Assembly: GCF_004010195.1 (NCBI RefSeq)
Contig: NC_057715.1
Location: 4,609,624 to 4,673,623, forward strand
DNA: 64,000 nucleotides
Source: Chiloscyllium plagiosum
Taxonomy: Eukaryota
Direction of reading: 5' to 3'
The position numbers were made by a program, and so were the translations under genes. The notes beneath the pieces were generated by a model, which was not told the origin of the DNA, did no database searches, and was given only the letters and a program-made list of their open reading frames with translations. Below, one piece after another: positions 50,528 through 63,805 of this stretch; the stretch's first letter is position 1; each line of letters opens with the position of its first letter.

Positions 50528-52132
50528 TGGTGGCTCTGTGGTTAGCACTGCTGCCTTATAGCGCCAGGGATCCAGGTTTGATTCCAGCCTTGAGCGCTTT
50601 GTGCATGGGAAATCGTGTCTCACAAACTTGATTGTTTGAGATTTTTGAAGAAGTAACAAAGAGGATTGTTGCGGGCAGAGCAGTAGATGTGATCTATATG
50701 GACTTCAGTAAGGCGTTCAACAAGGTTCCCCATGTGAGACTGCTTAGCAAGGTTAGATCTCATGGAATGCAGGGAGAACTAGCCATTTGGATACAGAACT
50801 GGCTCAAAGGTAGAAGACAGAGGGTGGTGGTGATGGAGGGTTATTTTTCGGACTGGAGGCCTGTGACCAGTGGAGTTCCACAAGGATCGGTGCTGAGTCC
50901 TCTACCTTTTGTCATTTACATAAATGATTTGGATGCGAGCATAAGAGGTACAGTTAGTAAGTTTGCAGATGACACCAAAATTGGAGGTGTAGTGGACAGT
51001 GAAGAAGGTTACCTCAGATTGAAATGGGATCTTGATCAGATGGGCCAATGGGCTGAGGAGAGGCAGATGGAGTTTAATTTAGATAAATGTGAGGTGCTGC
51101 ATTTTGGGAAAGCAAATCTTAGCAAGACTTATACGCTTTATGGTAAGGTCCTAGGGAGTGTTGCTGAACAAAGAAACCTTGGAGTGCAGGTTCAAAGCTC
51201 CTTGAAAGTGGAGTCGCAGGTAGATAGGATAGTGAAGAAGGCGTTTGGTATGCTTTCCTTTATTGGTCAGAGTATTGAGTACAGGAGTTGGGAGGTCATG
51301 TTGCAGCTGTACAGGACATTGGTGAAGCCACTGCTGGAATATTGCGTGCAATTCTGGTCTCCTTCCTCTTGAAAAGATGTTGTGAAACTTGAAAGTGTTC
51401 AGAAAAGATTTACAAGGATGTGGCCAGGGTTGGAGGATCTGAGCTACAGGGAGAGGCTGGACAGGCTGGGGCTGTTTTCCCTGGAGCGTCAGAGGCTGAG
51501 GGGTGACCTTATAGAGGTTTACAAAATTATGAGGGGCATGGATAGGATAAATAGACAAAATCTTTTCCCTGAGGTCGGGGTGTCCAGAGCGAGAGGGCAT
51601 AGATTTAGGGCGAGAGGGGTAAGATATAAAAGAGACCTGAGGGGCAACTTTTTCTCACAGAGGGTGGTACGTGTATGGAATGAGCTGCCAAAGGAAGTGG
51701 TGGAGGCTGGTACAATTGCAACATTTAAGAGGCATTTGGATGGGTATATGAATAGGAAGGGTTTGGAGGGATATGGGCTGGGTGCTGGCAGGTGGGACTA
51801 GATTGGGTTGGGGTATCTGTTCGGCATGGACGGGTTGGACCGAAGGGTCTGTTTTCATGCTGTACATCTCTATGACTATCTATGTGGATTTTGTGTCTGC
51901 GTGGATTTCCGCCAGTTTCCTCCCACAGTCCAAAGACGTACAGGTTAGGGTGAATTGGCCATGCTAAATTGCCCATAGTGTCTCAGGATGTGCTGGCTGG
52001 ATGGATGAGCCATGGAAAATGCAGGGTTACAGGGATAGGATAGAGGGTTGAGTCTGGTCTCAAGAGGGTCAGTGTGGATTAGATGGACCAACTGGCTTGC
52101 TTCTACACTGTGGGGATTTTACGATTCTATGA
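50528..52132 (+). mobile_element. HE1-like SINE split by a CR1 insertion
   Basis: Head at 50528-50597 (..ccagccttgagcg); the remainder resumes at ~51876 (actatctatgtgg..). Confidence 0.85.
50598..51878 (+). mobile_element. Relatively young CR1 LINE, RT to 3' end
   Basis: ORFs 50632..51372 and 51382..51801: YMDFSKAF, SGVPQGSVL, FADDTK, YCVQFWSP, RLRGDLIEVYK. Confidence 0.97.
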
Positions 52133-53111
52133 TCATGGTTCTTCTCTTCATTTGTGCACAAATTAGAATAAAAATAATTTGCCATAATTATTAATTTCCA
52201 AACGCTTGCACTCTCCAAATATTGCAGTGTTGTAACAGTGCTGTTATACTATAATAGTTCAACACAAACATGTCATTTTCTCTTACACTTCTGTGTTTTT
52301 CATGGTAGATAGCCTCTGGCAAATATCTGAAATTAAAGTGATGAAAATCAACAGTTTTTGGATTCTGTCCACTGTTAATTGGCTAAATTGATGAGTTGCA
52401 ATCCAAGTAACCAAAGACTGAATGAATCGGAGTAGAAGAGAGTTCACCAGAATCCAAAATTATATTCTGGGTACAAATTCTTGCCTATCTTGATATCAGG
52501 TTCTTCCTTAAGTTTTATTAAATTTTGAGCCAAAAAGATTGGCCTTTATAATAAAGTCATGCTGTTAACACATTATGCAGGAGAAGAAAAGTAACTTGTT
52601 TGAGGACAATACAAATACAGATGCAGCCATCAGTCACATTGACAGATGAAAGTTCAGCAAAAAACAAAGAGCGGTTTAATGTTTTACCTATTGGAAATGA
52701 TTTAATGACCATCATAACTACTCATGGGAATAATTGTGAGCAAGGTCTTTCCAGAGTGCGGTGATGTGGAAGTGACTCAATGCTATCAGTGTAAACTACG
52801 GATTGTTGATTTAGTGGATTACTGAAATGTTCTGCTGATTGAGAGAAAATCTCGGTCATCTGAGAGGACGGCTGTCACACTGTAAGATTTGGGCAACAGA
52901 CTGATCACAAAACTTCAGGCAGAACCTTTGGATTGTTTTTCTTTTCAGCAACTGTTTCAGGCACATCAGCCTGTTTTCTCATCATCTGTTCTTCTACTCT
53001 TAGTTTAACTTGTTTTGTACACAATGGCATCCAGAATTCCTTGCTGCTGATTGGTCTGTGAGCATTGTGCACTTTCTCTAGATGTTTGCCTAAATTTCCA
53101 GCATTGTAGCC

Positions 53112-53400
53112 AAACCTTAGGTTATCTCAGGAATGTGACTTGAAAGAAATTTTGGGATTTACATATTAATGAATTGAAACCTGCAACCCCATTCTCAGAG
53201 ATTAAAGACTTAACAGCAATTGAGGTTTGTTCAATATATCACATCGGTTGTATGACACTTTGATCTTTTACTATGAATTCTGTGTCATGTGATCCTGCCC
53301 TACAACTTACCTAATGAAGGAGCAGTGCTCCAAAAGCTTGTACTTGCAAATAGGCCTGTTGGTGTTGTGTGATTTTTAACATTGTCCACACCAAACCAGT
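53112..53400 (+). mobile_element. PLE 3' fragment (family of the 63806 element)
   Basis: cctaatgaaggagcagtgctccaaaagcttg and ggtgttgtgtgatttttaac are shared with 63806-63930. Confidence 0.8.
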
Positions 53401-54189
53401 GATAGTGTTTCAATATAATGATCTCAAACACGGTGCTGCAAGTACTGAAAACAAAACGTGCTGGTATTCACAGTGAGTCAGGCAGCAACCATGGAGACAG
53501 AGCAAGTTAATGTTTCAAAACTAAATAGATTGTTTACTCTTTCCAGGTATCTTCAAAGGAAACTATGCCCTCAGCAATTCAGTGGATATCTTTTAGAACA
53601 TTTGCATCAAGCTTCCTTTGAGAGTTGACTACATGCTGAAGTGCCTTGCATGTGTCCTCACAACACAGCATTCTAACAAGATGTTAGTCAGACAAACATT
53701 TTGCATCTGGGAGCACAAGTCGACCTGATGTCTGAACTATTTTGGACTTGCCCACTTGCTGAGTTATACTTCTGGCAGTCAATTTGAATGCTGCCAGTCG
53801 AGATACAAATGGACAGATAGTGGACAGAAAGGAAGTTGCAGTGTTGCCGAGTTCTCAGAAGTTTGAGTTAGTTTCAAATAATTGTATGTGTTTAGCTTGA
53901 TGTCAAGTGTCAATGTGCCTGATAGTATTAGTGATCGTAATTCACCTTGAGGCTGAGATTCAAACTGTAACACAGCAGATGACACCATCTGTGCTCTTTT
54001 GTGAACTTGAAGAGAAAACTGTTGGTTCATACCTTCCAACAGCAAAAAAACCACTTGATAAGTCCCTCTCCTTTTAATATTTCCAACATTGTGATATTTG
54101 TCATCCTTTTGTGTCTTTTGCATCCTGACACTCAAAGAATTTCAAAGATCTCGTTTTTGCACTCCTCATTGTATAAAATTTGTTTTCCT

Positions 54190-54635
54190 ATCTTGTGGGA
54201 TGATGGAGTTACTGGCTGTTCAACAATTGTTGACCATTTTTAGTAGACATTGAGAAGTGGTGATGAGCTGTATCTCTGAACAGTTGCACTCCATATGCTA
54301 TGGGTTGACCCACAATATCATTGGGGAGAGAATTGCAAGATTTTGATCCAGTCACAGTACAATGTATTTCCAAGTCAGAATGGTGAGTGGCTTGGAGCGA
54401 ACTTACAAGTGCTGGTGTTCCCCTATATCTGTTGCCCATAGCCTTCCAGATGGGAGTGGTCGTCGGTTTGGAATGCGCTGTCTGAGGATCTTTGATGAAT
54501 TTCTGCAATACATCTTGTGGATAGTACACACTGCTGCTGCTGAGTGTCTGGTGGTAGAGGGAGTGGATGTTTGCGGGCGTAGTGCTAATCAAGCAGGTTG
54601 CTGTGTCCTGGATAGTGTCAAGTGTCTTGAGTTTT
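54190..54635 (-). mobile_element. 3' fragment of the second LINE family
   Basis: LKTLDTIQDTATCLI..IHSLYH; homologous to 13797-14331. Confidence 0.85.
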
Positions 54636-54929
54636 ATTAACAATCTCTTCCCAAACCTTAATCAATTTTACTATTCTTAATCAGTCTCTTGGTGATGCAT
54701 TTTCTTGAAGTCGATGAGAATTGTTTTCAAGGTGGCCAATGGATTACATTGGATCACCTGTCTACCTGGACAAAACACAAGTTCCATGGGCAGCATCATT
54801 TATGTACAGTAGTAAGTGTCATAATGGCATAATTGTCACAATCTGTCAAGTGCAGCAAGGCAATTTACACCTTATGACTTTAATGGGAAAGTATGTTGCA
54901 AAATGAACTGGTTTCGGAAGTAGGCAAAC

Positions 54930-55400
54930 CCTGTTCTTTAAACTTCTTATGATCACATTGCATAATACATGATCTAAATAATTCTAATATGTTGGTTCAA
55001 CAAAGTATTGTTCCAGGAAATGTCACAGAATTATTCTTTCAACTCATTTTCTGGAGTACCTTTATGAAATTAATTTGTCCATTCTATGTGACGATTAAAG
55101 TCCCCCATAAATATTGCACTGCCTTGATTGCAAACTCCAATTATTTCTTGCTTTCTTCACTGTCCAGTGGCATAACTATTGTCATAGGGCCTGTCAACCA
55201 GTCCACTCTGGATTTTCTGACTCTTCACTCCAAATCTCCAAACACACACTCTCCCTGCTCCTCCCAGCAAAGACCTATTCTTGCTACGACTCTTGTGACA
55301 TCCTTGGCTACCAGGGTCACTTCCTTTTTTCCAATGCTTTCAATATGTTGTATATTGTGGGATGTTTATTTCCCAACCTTGATCAGCTTGTAATTATCTC
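54930..55400 (-). mobile_element. Old CR1 APE endonuclease fragment
   Basis: Minus-strand FMGDFN, FLEQYFVEPT and LDHVLCN motifs. Confidence 0.65.
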
Positions 55401-58354
55401 TCTGCGTCGCTAATTAGATCAAAACCTCTACCACAAATCTTTATTTGTGTCATTAGTTCTTCTAACATATTATGAATGCTTTGTGCATTAAAAAAAACAT
55501 AGACCTTATTACCAATGAACTGTTGCTGTTAAACTAATATCAGTATCACACTGGTTAAACTTTATCCTAAATTTCTGTCATGGCATAAACTGTCTGACAA
55601 AATGCAATGTAGTCTACAAACTGGTAAGGAAATGTGTTGTTCCTGGTAAATTTCCTCAAACCAGTTTTTCATTGTCTAAATTAATTTCTCCCCATTCAGA
55701 AATTGCTGATATGTAAACAATGAATGAAGAGGGGGGAAAAAAAACTATCAATTAATTATTAAGGCTTATTAAGTGATCAGTATTGGAAGCAGCATAATTA
55801 GATTTATGCAAGAGATATATTACCTTACTTGGAAAATTAAAAACTGACATTTTCATTTTAAAACTAATGATACTTTACTTCAATCTTTTTGTTAATATAC
55901 TGTAAAATATGCTTTCAAAAATGAGAATCATGCCATCTCCTGTAAAGGAAACAAGTTGGATATTTGCGAGAGATAATCCACTCTTCATTTCAACACAGAC
56001 TTTGCTATGATGCATCTTTCTCATTATTACTAATGTCTCCATACAAATATTGCACCTTGAATCAATAGGGCCATAGATCTGTGTGAAGTATCTGAATGTT
56101 GAAGGTCTAATGTCTTCTAAATGCACTGCAAGACATAAATGTACAAAGCACACTGGGAGATCACACATTCTAAATCAATGACTAATTCATCATTGCCTTG
56201 ATTTACACATCTCTGCTAAGTGCCATTTTACGTAATTGCACACCCAGCTAAGAGGCCCTCCTGCTAGTCACACATATTGCATGCACTCCACACGATTTTG
56301 CAATAACAGAAGCATTGCAAATTTTGAAAAGCACAATTGCCATTTTGGGGCATTTGCGTACCCAGAACTCCGAATTGCTACTGCACCTATTTGTTAAACC
56401 GGTCCCTAACGATTCACAAATTTCACGAGATGTCAGTTGGTGCCACCACTCGTCAAGCCTCAGCTGTAAAATTGACAAAGAGTTTCAAATGAATGAGTTG
56501 TCAAGATTTGACTTTTATTTTGGCCAATAGATTCTCAAATCTACAATGGGCCTCACTTCAGTGTGTTCTCATGGCACTTCTGATTGTATCAAATAGAATC
56601 TCACAGCTCAAGTTGTTGATTTTGCAGACTAGCATTTTGTTGCTTCTGTGTAAACATTAGCAGCAGTACGACCAACTCTAGGTTATAATGCAATGGAAGA
56701 GCAGGTGGTAGTGATATTAAGAACATATTGGCATATTACCTTTCCTGCCAACTGCTTCACCACAGAAAGTTCTACAATTCAGTGGGAAACTGCATCTGAT
56801 GAGAGGCTGGCTGAGACGAGAAGCTGTCAACAAAGTTGTATCAATTAGCAGGAATGACTCGCAGCACCTGTTAATCAGGGCAATGAGAGAAAGTAACAAG
56901 GTCAAGTTGAGAACGTTAGCAACTGCTGCTCAAGATTTGTGACTCACAATTTTAACAAAAATGTGTACTTATGTAACACCTTTAAAATTACAAACCTTCC
57001 TAACATACTTCAGAGAAGTTTTAAAAAAAATAAACCTGACAGCAAGCCACAAATGGAGTTATTAGGGCAGATAACCAAAAGTCAGATCAAAAAGTTAAGG
57101 AGAATCTTAAAGGAGAAATGAAAGGAAGAGAATAGATTTTTGTAGGGGGGGGTGGAGATGTGTATGGAACTGAGAGCTTACATCCGAGGCATCTGGAAGC
57201 ACACCTATCAATGAGGGTGGAGCAGGGGAAAGGGTTAGGTTTCAAAGGCCATTAGTTGAGCTTTGTCGATATCTCAGACAGTTATAAGGTTAGAGGAAAT
57301 GACAACTGTGGGGACAAAGCAGGATTTGAAAACAAATCATAGAATTTTAATTAGATTAGCATTTTAAAATTGAGACATTGTTGTACGAGAAGCCCCTATC
57401 AGTAACCATTGACTGTCAGAAACCTGTCAGAGACTTGGCTGGAATTAATTGCTCGCTAACGAAGTGCTGCTGTCAGGATGGAACAGATACGTATTGCTGA
57501 AAACAATATCAGTTCAACAGCAAGAGCAACACAGGTGGCATCTGTTAGCTGACCAGCTATCTCACAGATCAGCATTACTGTCGCCATAGCATTTGTACAT
57601 TTCCTTACAATCTAGACTGGATATGTTCATCCTCCTCCACCACACATAGATCGTTCTTCAACCTCCATGTCAATAGAGGTCAGCATCTTTTGATCAAAGA
57701 TTTTCGAGCTTTCATGACATGGGAACGCTTCTGATTTGCCATCTATTTACTTCCAATATTATATCAATATTAGATGCTGTTGGAAAACTCATGTAAATGT
57801 GGATTAATTTTCATTTGTTATTCAGCAAATTGTATGGGATCATGTTTCTACAGAGTTGCATTGACATTCTGAATTAGCAGGATGGTTGGTTTATAATGCA
57901 GAATGATGCCAATAGAGTTGGTTCAGTTCCTGCACTGGCTGAGCTTACATGAAGGACTCTCCTTCTCAGCAGACCCCTCACTTGAGATGTGGTGACCCTC
58001 AGGTTCAACCATCACCAGGTGTCTCTCTCGAGTAAGCAAGCAGCCTTCTGATCCTCAGGTGGCTTTATCTTTTCCACCTTGATATTCTCGCAGTCATTAT
58101 TTGGGTCAGTATAAGCTTAAGTATAGATGTAATGATAGTACATTAAACTATCGAATTGAAATAAATATGTACAATACCTGGGATGAATTGCAGAATTTGT
58201 ATTACCTTAGCTTACTATCATCCCAGGCCAAAGGTTGTAGATTCAAGTGCCATATCAGAATCTTGAACTTATAATTTAAGCTGATACATCCATTCAACTC
58301 TGAGACATTTTTATTCCTCTGCACATTTTTGCAAATGATAAAATTGAAAAGGAG

Positions 58355-58695
58355 TGAACATAGACAAAGTATTTTCCCTGGGGTCGGGGAGTTCAGAACT
58401 AGAGGGCATAGGTTTAGGGTGAGAGGGGAAAGATATAAAAGAGACCTAAGGGGCAACCTTTTCACGCAGAGGGTGGTCCGTGTATGGAATGAGCTGCCAG
58501 AGGAAATGGGAGAGGCTAGTATAACTGCAACATTTAAAAGGCATCTGGATGGGTGTATGAATAGGAAGAGTTTGGAGGGATATGGGCTAGGTGCTGGCAG
58601 GTGGTTCTAGATTGAGTTGTGATATCTGCTCGGCATGGACGAGTTGGACCAAAGGGTCTGTTTCTATGCTATACATCTCTATGACTCTGACTCTA
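58355..58695 (+). mobile_element. CR1 3' fragment inserted in an old Deu-type SINE (~58210-58880)
   Basis: ORF 58329..58610 TRGHRFRVRGERYKRDLRGNLFTQRVVRVWNELP. Confidence 0.92.
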
Positions 58696-60204
58696 TATCG
58701 ATATGACAATAAGTTAACCCAGGAAGAGTTTAAAAAATCCCGCAGTAATGTTTCAAAGAAAACAACAGAAGCCTGTTCCTGAGACTAATATCCTCCTTTC
58801 AATCAACACCAATGAAGCAGCATATACCTTCATTATTATGTCGATGTGTGCAAATTTGCCCATCTGGAACTCATAGAAGATACTTTAATAGTGTAAATTC
58901 CTTCCTACTCTTCCTTCAATTCTCCCATCCTTTCCTTTCCTTCCCTTTCTCTGTCCACTTTCTTTCTGTCAATCAATGGATTGTGAAGTAATTGAATACA
59001 TTCAAAGCTGAGATCGAGAGATTTTCAATTTTTCAGGGAATCGAGCAATATGGTGATAAGGCAGGAAAGTGACATGAAAACCCAGGATCAGCCATGTTTG
59101 AATTGAAAGACAGACCATATTGACTACTGCTGTTTCTATTTATTGTATCCCTTAGCTTTGTTTCCTCTTTTCCTTCTAGCCATTGAAAGAGAATAAATAG
59201 TGTGAAATGTTCAGAACAGTTACTGCCTGAGCAAACTGATTTCCTCGGCTGTATTCATAGTTTCTTCAGAAGTGCTTGTAATTAAGCAACTGTATAGTCG
59301 CTTGAGAAGTGTGAACATAGACTTTCCCACATTGCTGGATAGAATAAGCTCTCACCCTGTCATTTTATTGGAATGTAAATCGAGGGTAAAAATACCAATC
59401 TGTACTCCCAGCATGGTGCCATGCTTTGGAGAAAGATAATGCTAAATTGGCAATTCCAAAGCTACCTGTCATTTCAAAGTCCATGTTGCAAGCAATGATT
59501 TGCTGTAGTTATTGCAATAAGATCAGTTTTTTTTTATGATTTGCCTTGACTCTGTGCCTGTAAATGACTCTAACTGCGGAAACATTTTTGGAGGCTTAAG
59601 GATTTTCGTTGCTGGGGTGGTGGAAATTTAGAACACCGTGTGCAGGGTTTCCTATGCAACACGTTGTCACCTCTTTGTATTCGTCCCAGAGATGGCTTCC
59701 TAGTGACAACTGTTACACTACTAGCAGCAGGTATTTAATAACTAAATACCAATAATAAATACTAATCAAGGTGAAAATTACATAATGCCTGCAGTTATGG
59801 ATAAGTGAAACTCTATGGACAGGTCATAGACACATAGTTTCACCTCATCAGCTCAGATGAGGGAGGTTTACAGTGGGACTGTCATTTGCAGTTGAAAGAC
59901 AATCTGTTGTATGAGGGAAGGAAGCAGCAAGGATGGTCAATCCACAGTCAGACATCTAGCATAGAGGCAACAGCCTTCTATGATGTGTGGCAGTGTGCCA
60001 GCGTAAGCTGCCAGAGCAACTACACACTCCAATGTATTAAAGAACACACACCGACATGGGGATCAATTATTCTGTGGTTTAGCAGAGCACGGTGGGTTGT
60101 GCAGCATATCCAGATATGACCGGAGAGCACAACCGAGGAAGTGGCTGATGGGTAGGATTCAGAAGAAATCACTAGTCTCATTCAGTGAGGATATTGGTGA
60201 AGGT

Positions 60205-60375
60205 TCAACTGCTTCAATCTAACAGAGCTGCAGTGCCTACAAAAAGCTACACTTCTTACACCCAATCATCATGGACATACGTGCATTTTGGATGAGACTC
60301 TCAGGCCTGAAGGAATGAGTGAATATCCAGTGCTTACAGCAATGAAAGTAAACCTGAATTTATCTGCTTCTCGGC
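60205..60375 (+). mobile_element. Harbinger transposase N-terminal remnant
   Basis: FNLTELQCLQ..LHFL..IMDI..RPEGMSEYPVLTAMKVNLNLSAS parallels the N-terminus of the 38269 copy. Confidence 0.45.
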
Positions 60376-60443
60376 CTCAGCTGTGACTATTTTGCAATGA
60401 CCTTTGACATAGAAGCCCGACAAAAATTTAAAAATTTGAAAAT

Positions 60444-61149
60444 TGTTAGGAGCCTGCAATTGATATTTAGAATGCTTGCAGAGGAATTTTAAGAATTTGC
60501 GTCAATTATAATGAGATCCTTTGAAATTCATTTTACTAGCCCTTGTGATTTAGTGATGCTTGACCTAAAAGCAGTGTGAACAGGAATACAATTAAGAAAT
60601 AAAAGCTGTGTCGTTAGGCAAAAAGGAAATCTGGAGCAAAAGGTGATCTTCACACAGATACAGGAACTTTCTGGACTCACTGTATGAATGGATTAAAAAG
60701 ATCTAATGCCTGGAATTTTGCATAAATAGCTAAGATGTGTTAAAAAGCTATTTGTTTTAATGGGAGGGAGGATTCACAGAAGAGCTACCCTGCTGATGAT
60801 AATCATAGTCGTGACACTTGGATGAAAGTTGTTGTTGGACAAGATTCCTGAGCCACCAAGCTGAATAAAGAACAGCATATTGTGGAACTGCAGCTTTGTA
60901 AGATATACTTATTGAAGGAGAATGGTTGCATAAAATATGTCTCAGTTGTATTGACTACTTTAAGTAAGATTTATTTTTTCTTGAAATAATCATTTGCCTA
61001 TTAATTCACATATAATTGGTTCTGATTTATGTTTTACTAAAAGCTGCAAAAAGTAACGACAAAAAAGAATTTTATTCCTAATTTCTTCATTTGGCGATCA
61101 TTCAATAAACTTGGGTTGATTTATAGCTTCCCCACAGGAATTTGTAACA
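60444..61149 (+). mobile_element. Possible solo LTR
   Basis: Termini tgtta...taaca; aataaa at 61104-61109. No TSD seen. Confidence 0.4.
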
Positions 61150-61589
61150 TTGACTTCCGTGTAAGATGCACTCATCTTGTGCCAACGATTCTATACATGA
61201 CAGTAAGCCATTAAGGTGCATATATCTGTAACATCTGAGGGTGCTCTGTCCCCCTGTGGCTTTGCAAACTCATAGTGGTTTTCATCCTTTGAAATGTACA
61301 CTGCCCCATTAGCTACTTTCCACTGCTTTCCCTTTGGCATTAGTCCTGCAATTTATAAAAGGCATCTGCTAGCTAATCCCATATCTCTCCATACCGACTT
61401 AGTGTACAATTCTAGGCTCCTTTCCAGAGAAGAAAATAAGGATACATCAGCAAAGGTGAGCTAGCTGCCTCAAGCTGGTGCATGACTCAAAAGTGAGTAA
61501 TTTATCTTCCCTCTGGCCTCTGTCGAAATCCTGCCAGTCTTCACAATCTCCTCCTGCATCACTGTTTGGGCTGAGAGACTTTTACCTTC

Positions 61590-62010
61590 ATTGATGGGAC
61601 ATAGGTGTCACTAGCTAAGCAACATTTGCCAATCACCTTTAATTGCCCTCAAGGCGGTAATCTGGTGAGCTGCCTACATGAACCACTTCAGTCCATGTGA
61701 TGCCTGTACAGTACAGAGGGAAGTTCCAGGATTTTGATGCAGTGGCAGTGAAGGAACATTGATGTGGTTTCAAATCAGATTTGGACGTGATGGAGCTGGG
61801 GAAGGGCTGTGTTCCCAGGCTTCTGCTGCCCCTGTCATTTTTTGAGACAGTGGTCACTGGTTTGGAAGATGCATTGAAAGGAGCCTTAGAGAGTTGCCAT
61901 AGTGGCCTTGCAGATGGTACACATTGCTGCTACTTTTCAATCATGATAGAGGAAGTCAATGTTCAAGGTGAAGGATGGGGCACCAGAAAAGCAGGCTGCT
62001 TAGTCATCAC
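61590..62010 (-). mobile_element. 3' fragment of the second LINE family
   Basis: Homologous to 13797-14210 (gagctgcct..tgaaccac, ttccaggattttga..gcagtgaaggaa). Confidence 0.8.
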
Positions 62011-62097
62011 AATCCTGATTTGAAACTTGTTGATGTTGAGCAAATTTTGGGATACTTGGAAAGGTGTTTCACACTGCAGATTTCCCAGCCTCTGGGT

Positions 62098-62400
62098 GGG
62101 TGGAGGGCTATGGCTAAGAAGTGTGATGTTAATGTCACTGAACTATTAACCTGGAAAACCAAGGTTTTGTTTTGTAGATATGGGTAAAGTTCATATTCTG
62201 TTAATAAATCTGGAACTAAAAGCTAATCCCAATGACTGTGACAATGAAATTGTCATTGCAAAAAGCCCCATGTTTCATATTGCAGTATTCCTTTTAGAGA
62301 AGGAAATCTGCTGGCCTTACTTTGTCTGGTTAATGTATGTCATTAGGCCCAGAGCCATATCACTGCCTCAGAAATGGCCTAGCAAGGATCTCAGTTTTCA
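62098..62400 (+). mobile_element. SINE-like copy of the head and body found 5' of the LINE ORF at 16330-16778
   Basis: gagaaggaaatctgctggccttactttgtctgg and ctgcctcagaaatggcctagcaag match the reverse complement of 16470-16580. Confidence 0.7.
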
Positions 62401-62707
62401 TCCAACTTCTAACTTTAAAACTGAACCATCTGCATTCTCTCCTGGGCATTTTGTGTTCTGTTCTGCAAGGTGAAGCAATATAAAAATGTCATGAATGAGA
62501 AACCTCCCATCTCCATATGCAATGCTTTTCAGAACATCATCTCATTGCCACATCTTCCATGAGTTGCCATGGTCAAACTGTTGGTGGGAATGTGGAGTAT
62601 ACAAGGCTCAGTATTGTTTGGACCTATCCACATTAAAGCATTGCAGAGCACAGGCCAGCTATGCTTCTCAATTTACAAGTGCTAGCTGTGCATTTTATGA
62701 CAGTCAC

Positions 62708-62915
62708 CTATCCAGAGCTCAGCAGGTCATTGAATCACTTCTACCATACCTTGTCTTCACCACACCGCCCTTAGACACCTTCAGCCGTGCTTAATTCCAC
62801 AAGGTGCCTGACCTCCTGCTCCTCTTCTCTGGAAACAAGATAGTCCTGCAAGCCCTCAATGTCACCCACAATCTCTGGGGCAGTATAATTTAATTGTGAG
62901 ACTGCCCTGCCATCA
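62708..62915 (-). mobile_element. Harbinger Myb/SANT-like accessory ORF remnant
   Basis: Minus strand, frameshifted: GRAVSQLNYTAPEIV..ILFPEKRSRR..K*FNDLLSSG, followed by a gtgact donor-like site. Confidence 0.45.
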
Positions 62916-63227
62916 TTATCCTCAAAGTGCACAGAGATACTCTGAATGGCAGTCCCAGGCCAGGTTACTGGAGGCCTCCTGACCTCTAGCTCCCACCTCT
63001 GGGACCCAACTACAATCCATAATTGGGTGGGATTGCTGACACAGAAACTACTGGCTGCCTCTGTAATGTTGTGCTGGAGCATGGGCCACAGAAATGAATG
63101 GAATTGGGACTGATGTTCTTTATAAATCCAGAAGATTCTGGTCTGTGGTTTTAACTTAAATTCGGCTGCCCTGTGCCCATTAGCCTTTTAATATTATTGT
63201 TTTGTTACAGTTGTCGAACACTATTTG

Positions 63228-63727
63228 NNNNNNNNNNNNNNNNNNNNNNNNNNNNNNNNNNNNNNNNNNNNNNNNNNNNNNNNNNNNNNNNNNNNNNNNN
63301 NNNNNNNNNNNNNNNNNNNNNNNNNNNNNNNNNNNNNNNNNNNNNNNNNNNNNNNNNNNNNNNNNNNNNNNNNNNNNNNNNNNNNNNNNNNNNNNNNNNN
63401 NNNNNNNNNNNNNNNNNNNNNNNNNNNNNNNNNNNNNNNNNNNNNNNNNNNNNNNNNNNNNNNNNNNNNNNNNNNNNNNNNNNNNNNNNNNNNNNNNNNN
63501 NNNNNNNNNNNNNNNNNNNNNNNNNNNNNNNNNNNNNNNNNNNNNNNNNNNNNNNNNNNNNNNNNNNNNNNNNNNNNNNNNNNNNNNNNNNNNNNNNNNN
63601 NNNNNNNNNNNNNNNNNNNNNNNNNNNNNNNNNNNNNNNNNNNNNNNNNNNNNNNNNNNNNNNNNNNNNNNNNNNNNNNNNNNNNNNNNNNNNNNNNNNN
63701 NNNNNNNNNNNNNNNNNNNNNNNNNNN
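63228..63727. other. Assembly gap (500 N)
   Basis: Run of exactly 500 N. Confidence 0.99.
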
Positions 63728-63805
63728 AGATTCACCACTCTCTGGCTCAAGAAGTGTCTGTTTATCTCCATTCTAAAAGGTCTTCCCTTTGCTGTAAGAC
63801 TATGC

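Noticed and set aside
50632-51801. 246-aa and 139-aa reverse transcriptase ORFs as a host gene or active element
   Set aside because: 5'-truncated CR1 with an in-frame stop and no endonuclease or ORF1.
62771-63082. Ig/TCR-like segment suggested by WELEVRRPPVTWP
   Set aside because: No Ig cysteine/tryptophan framework and no RSS heptamer-nonamer pair nearby; better explained by a Harbinger remnant.
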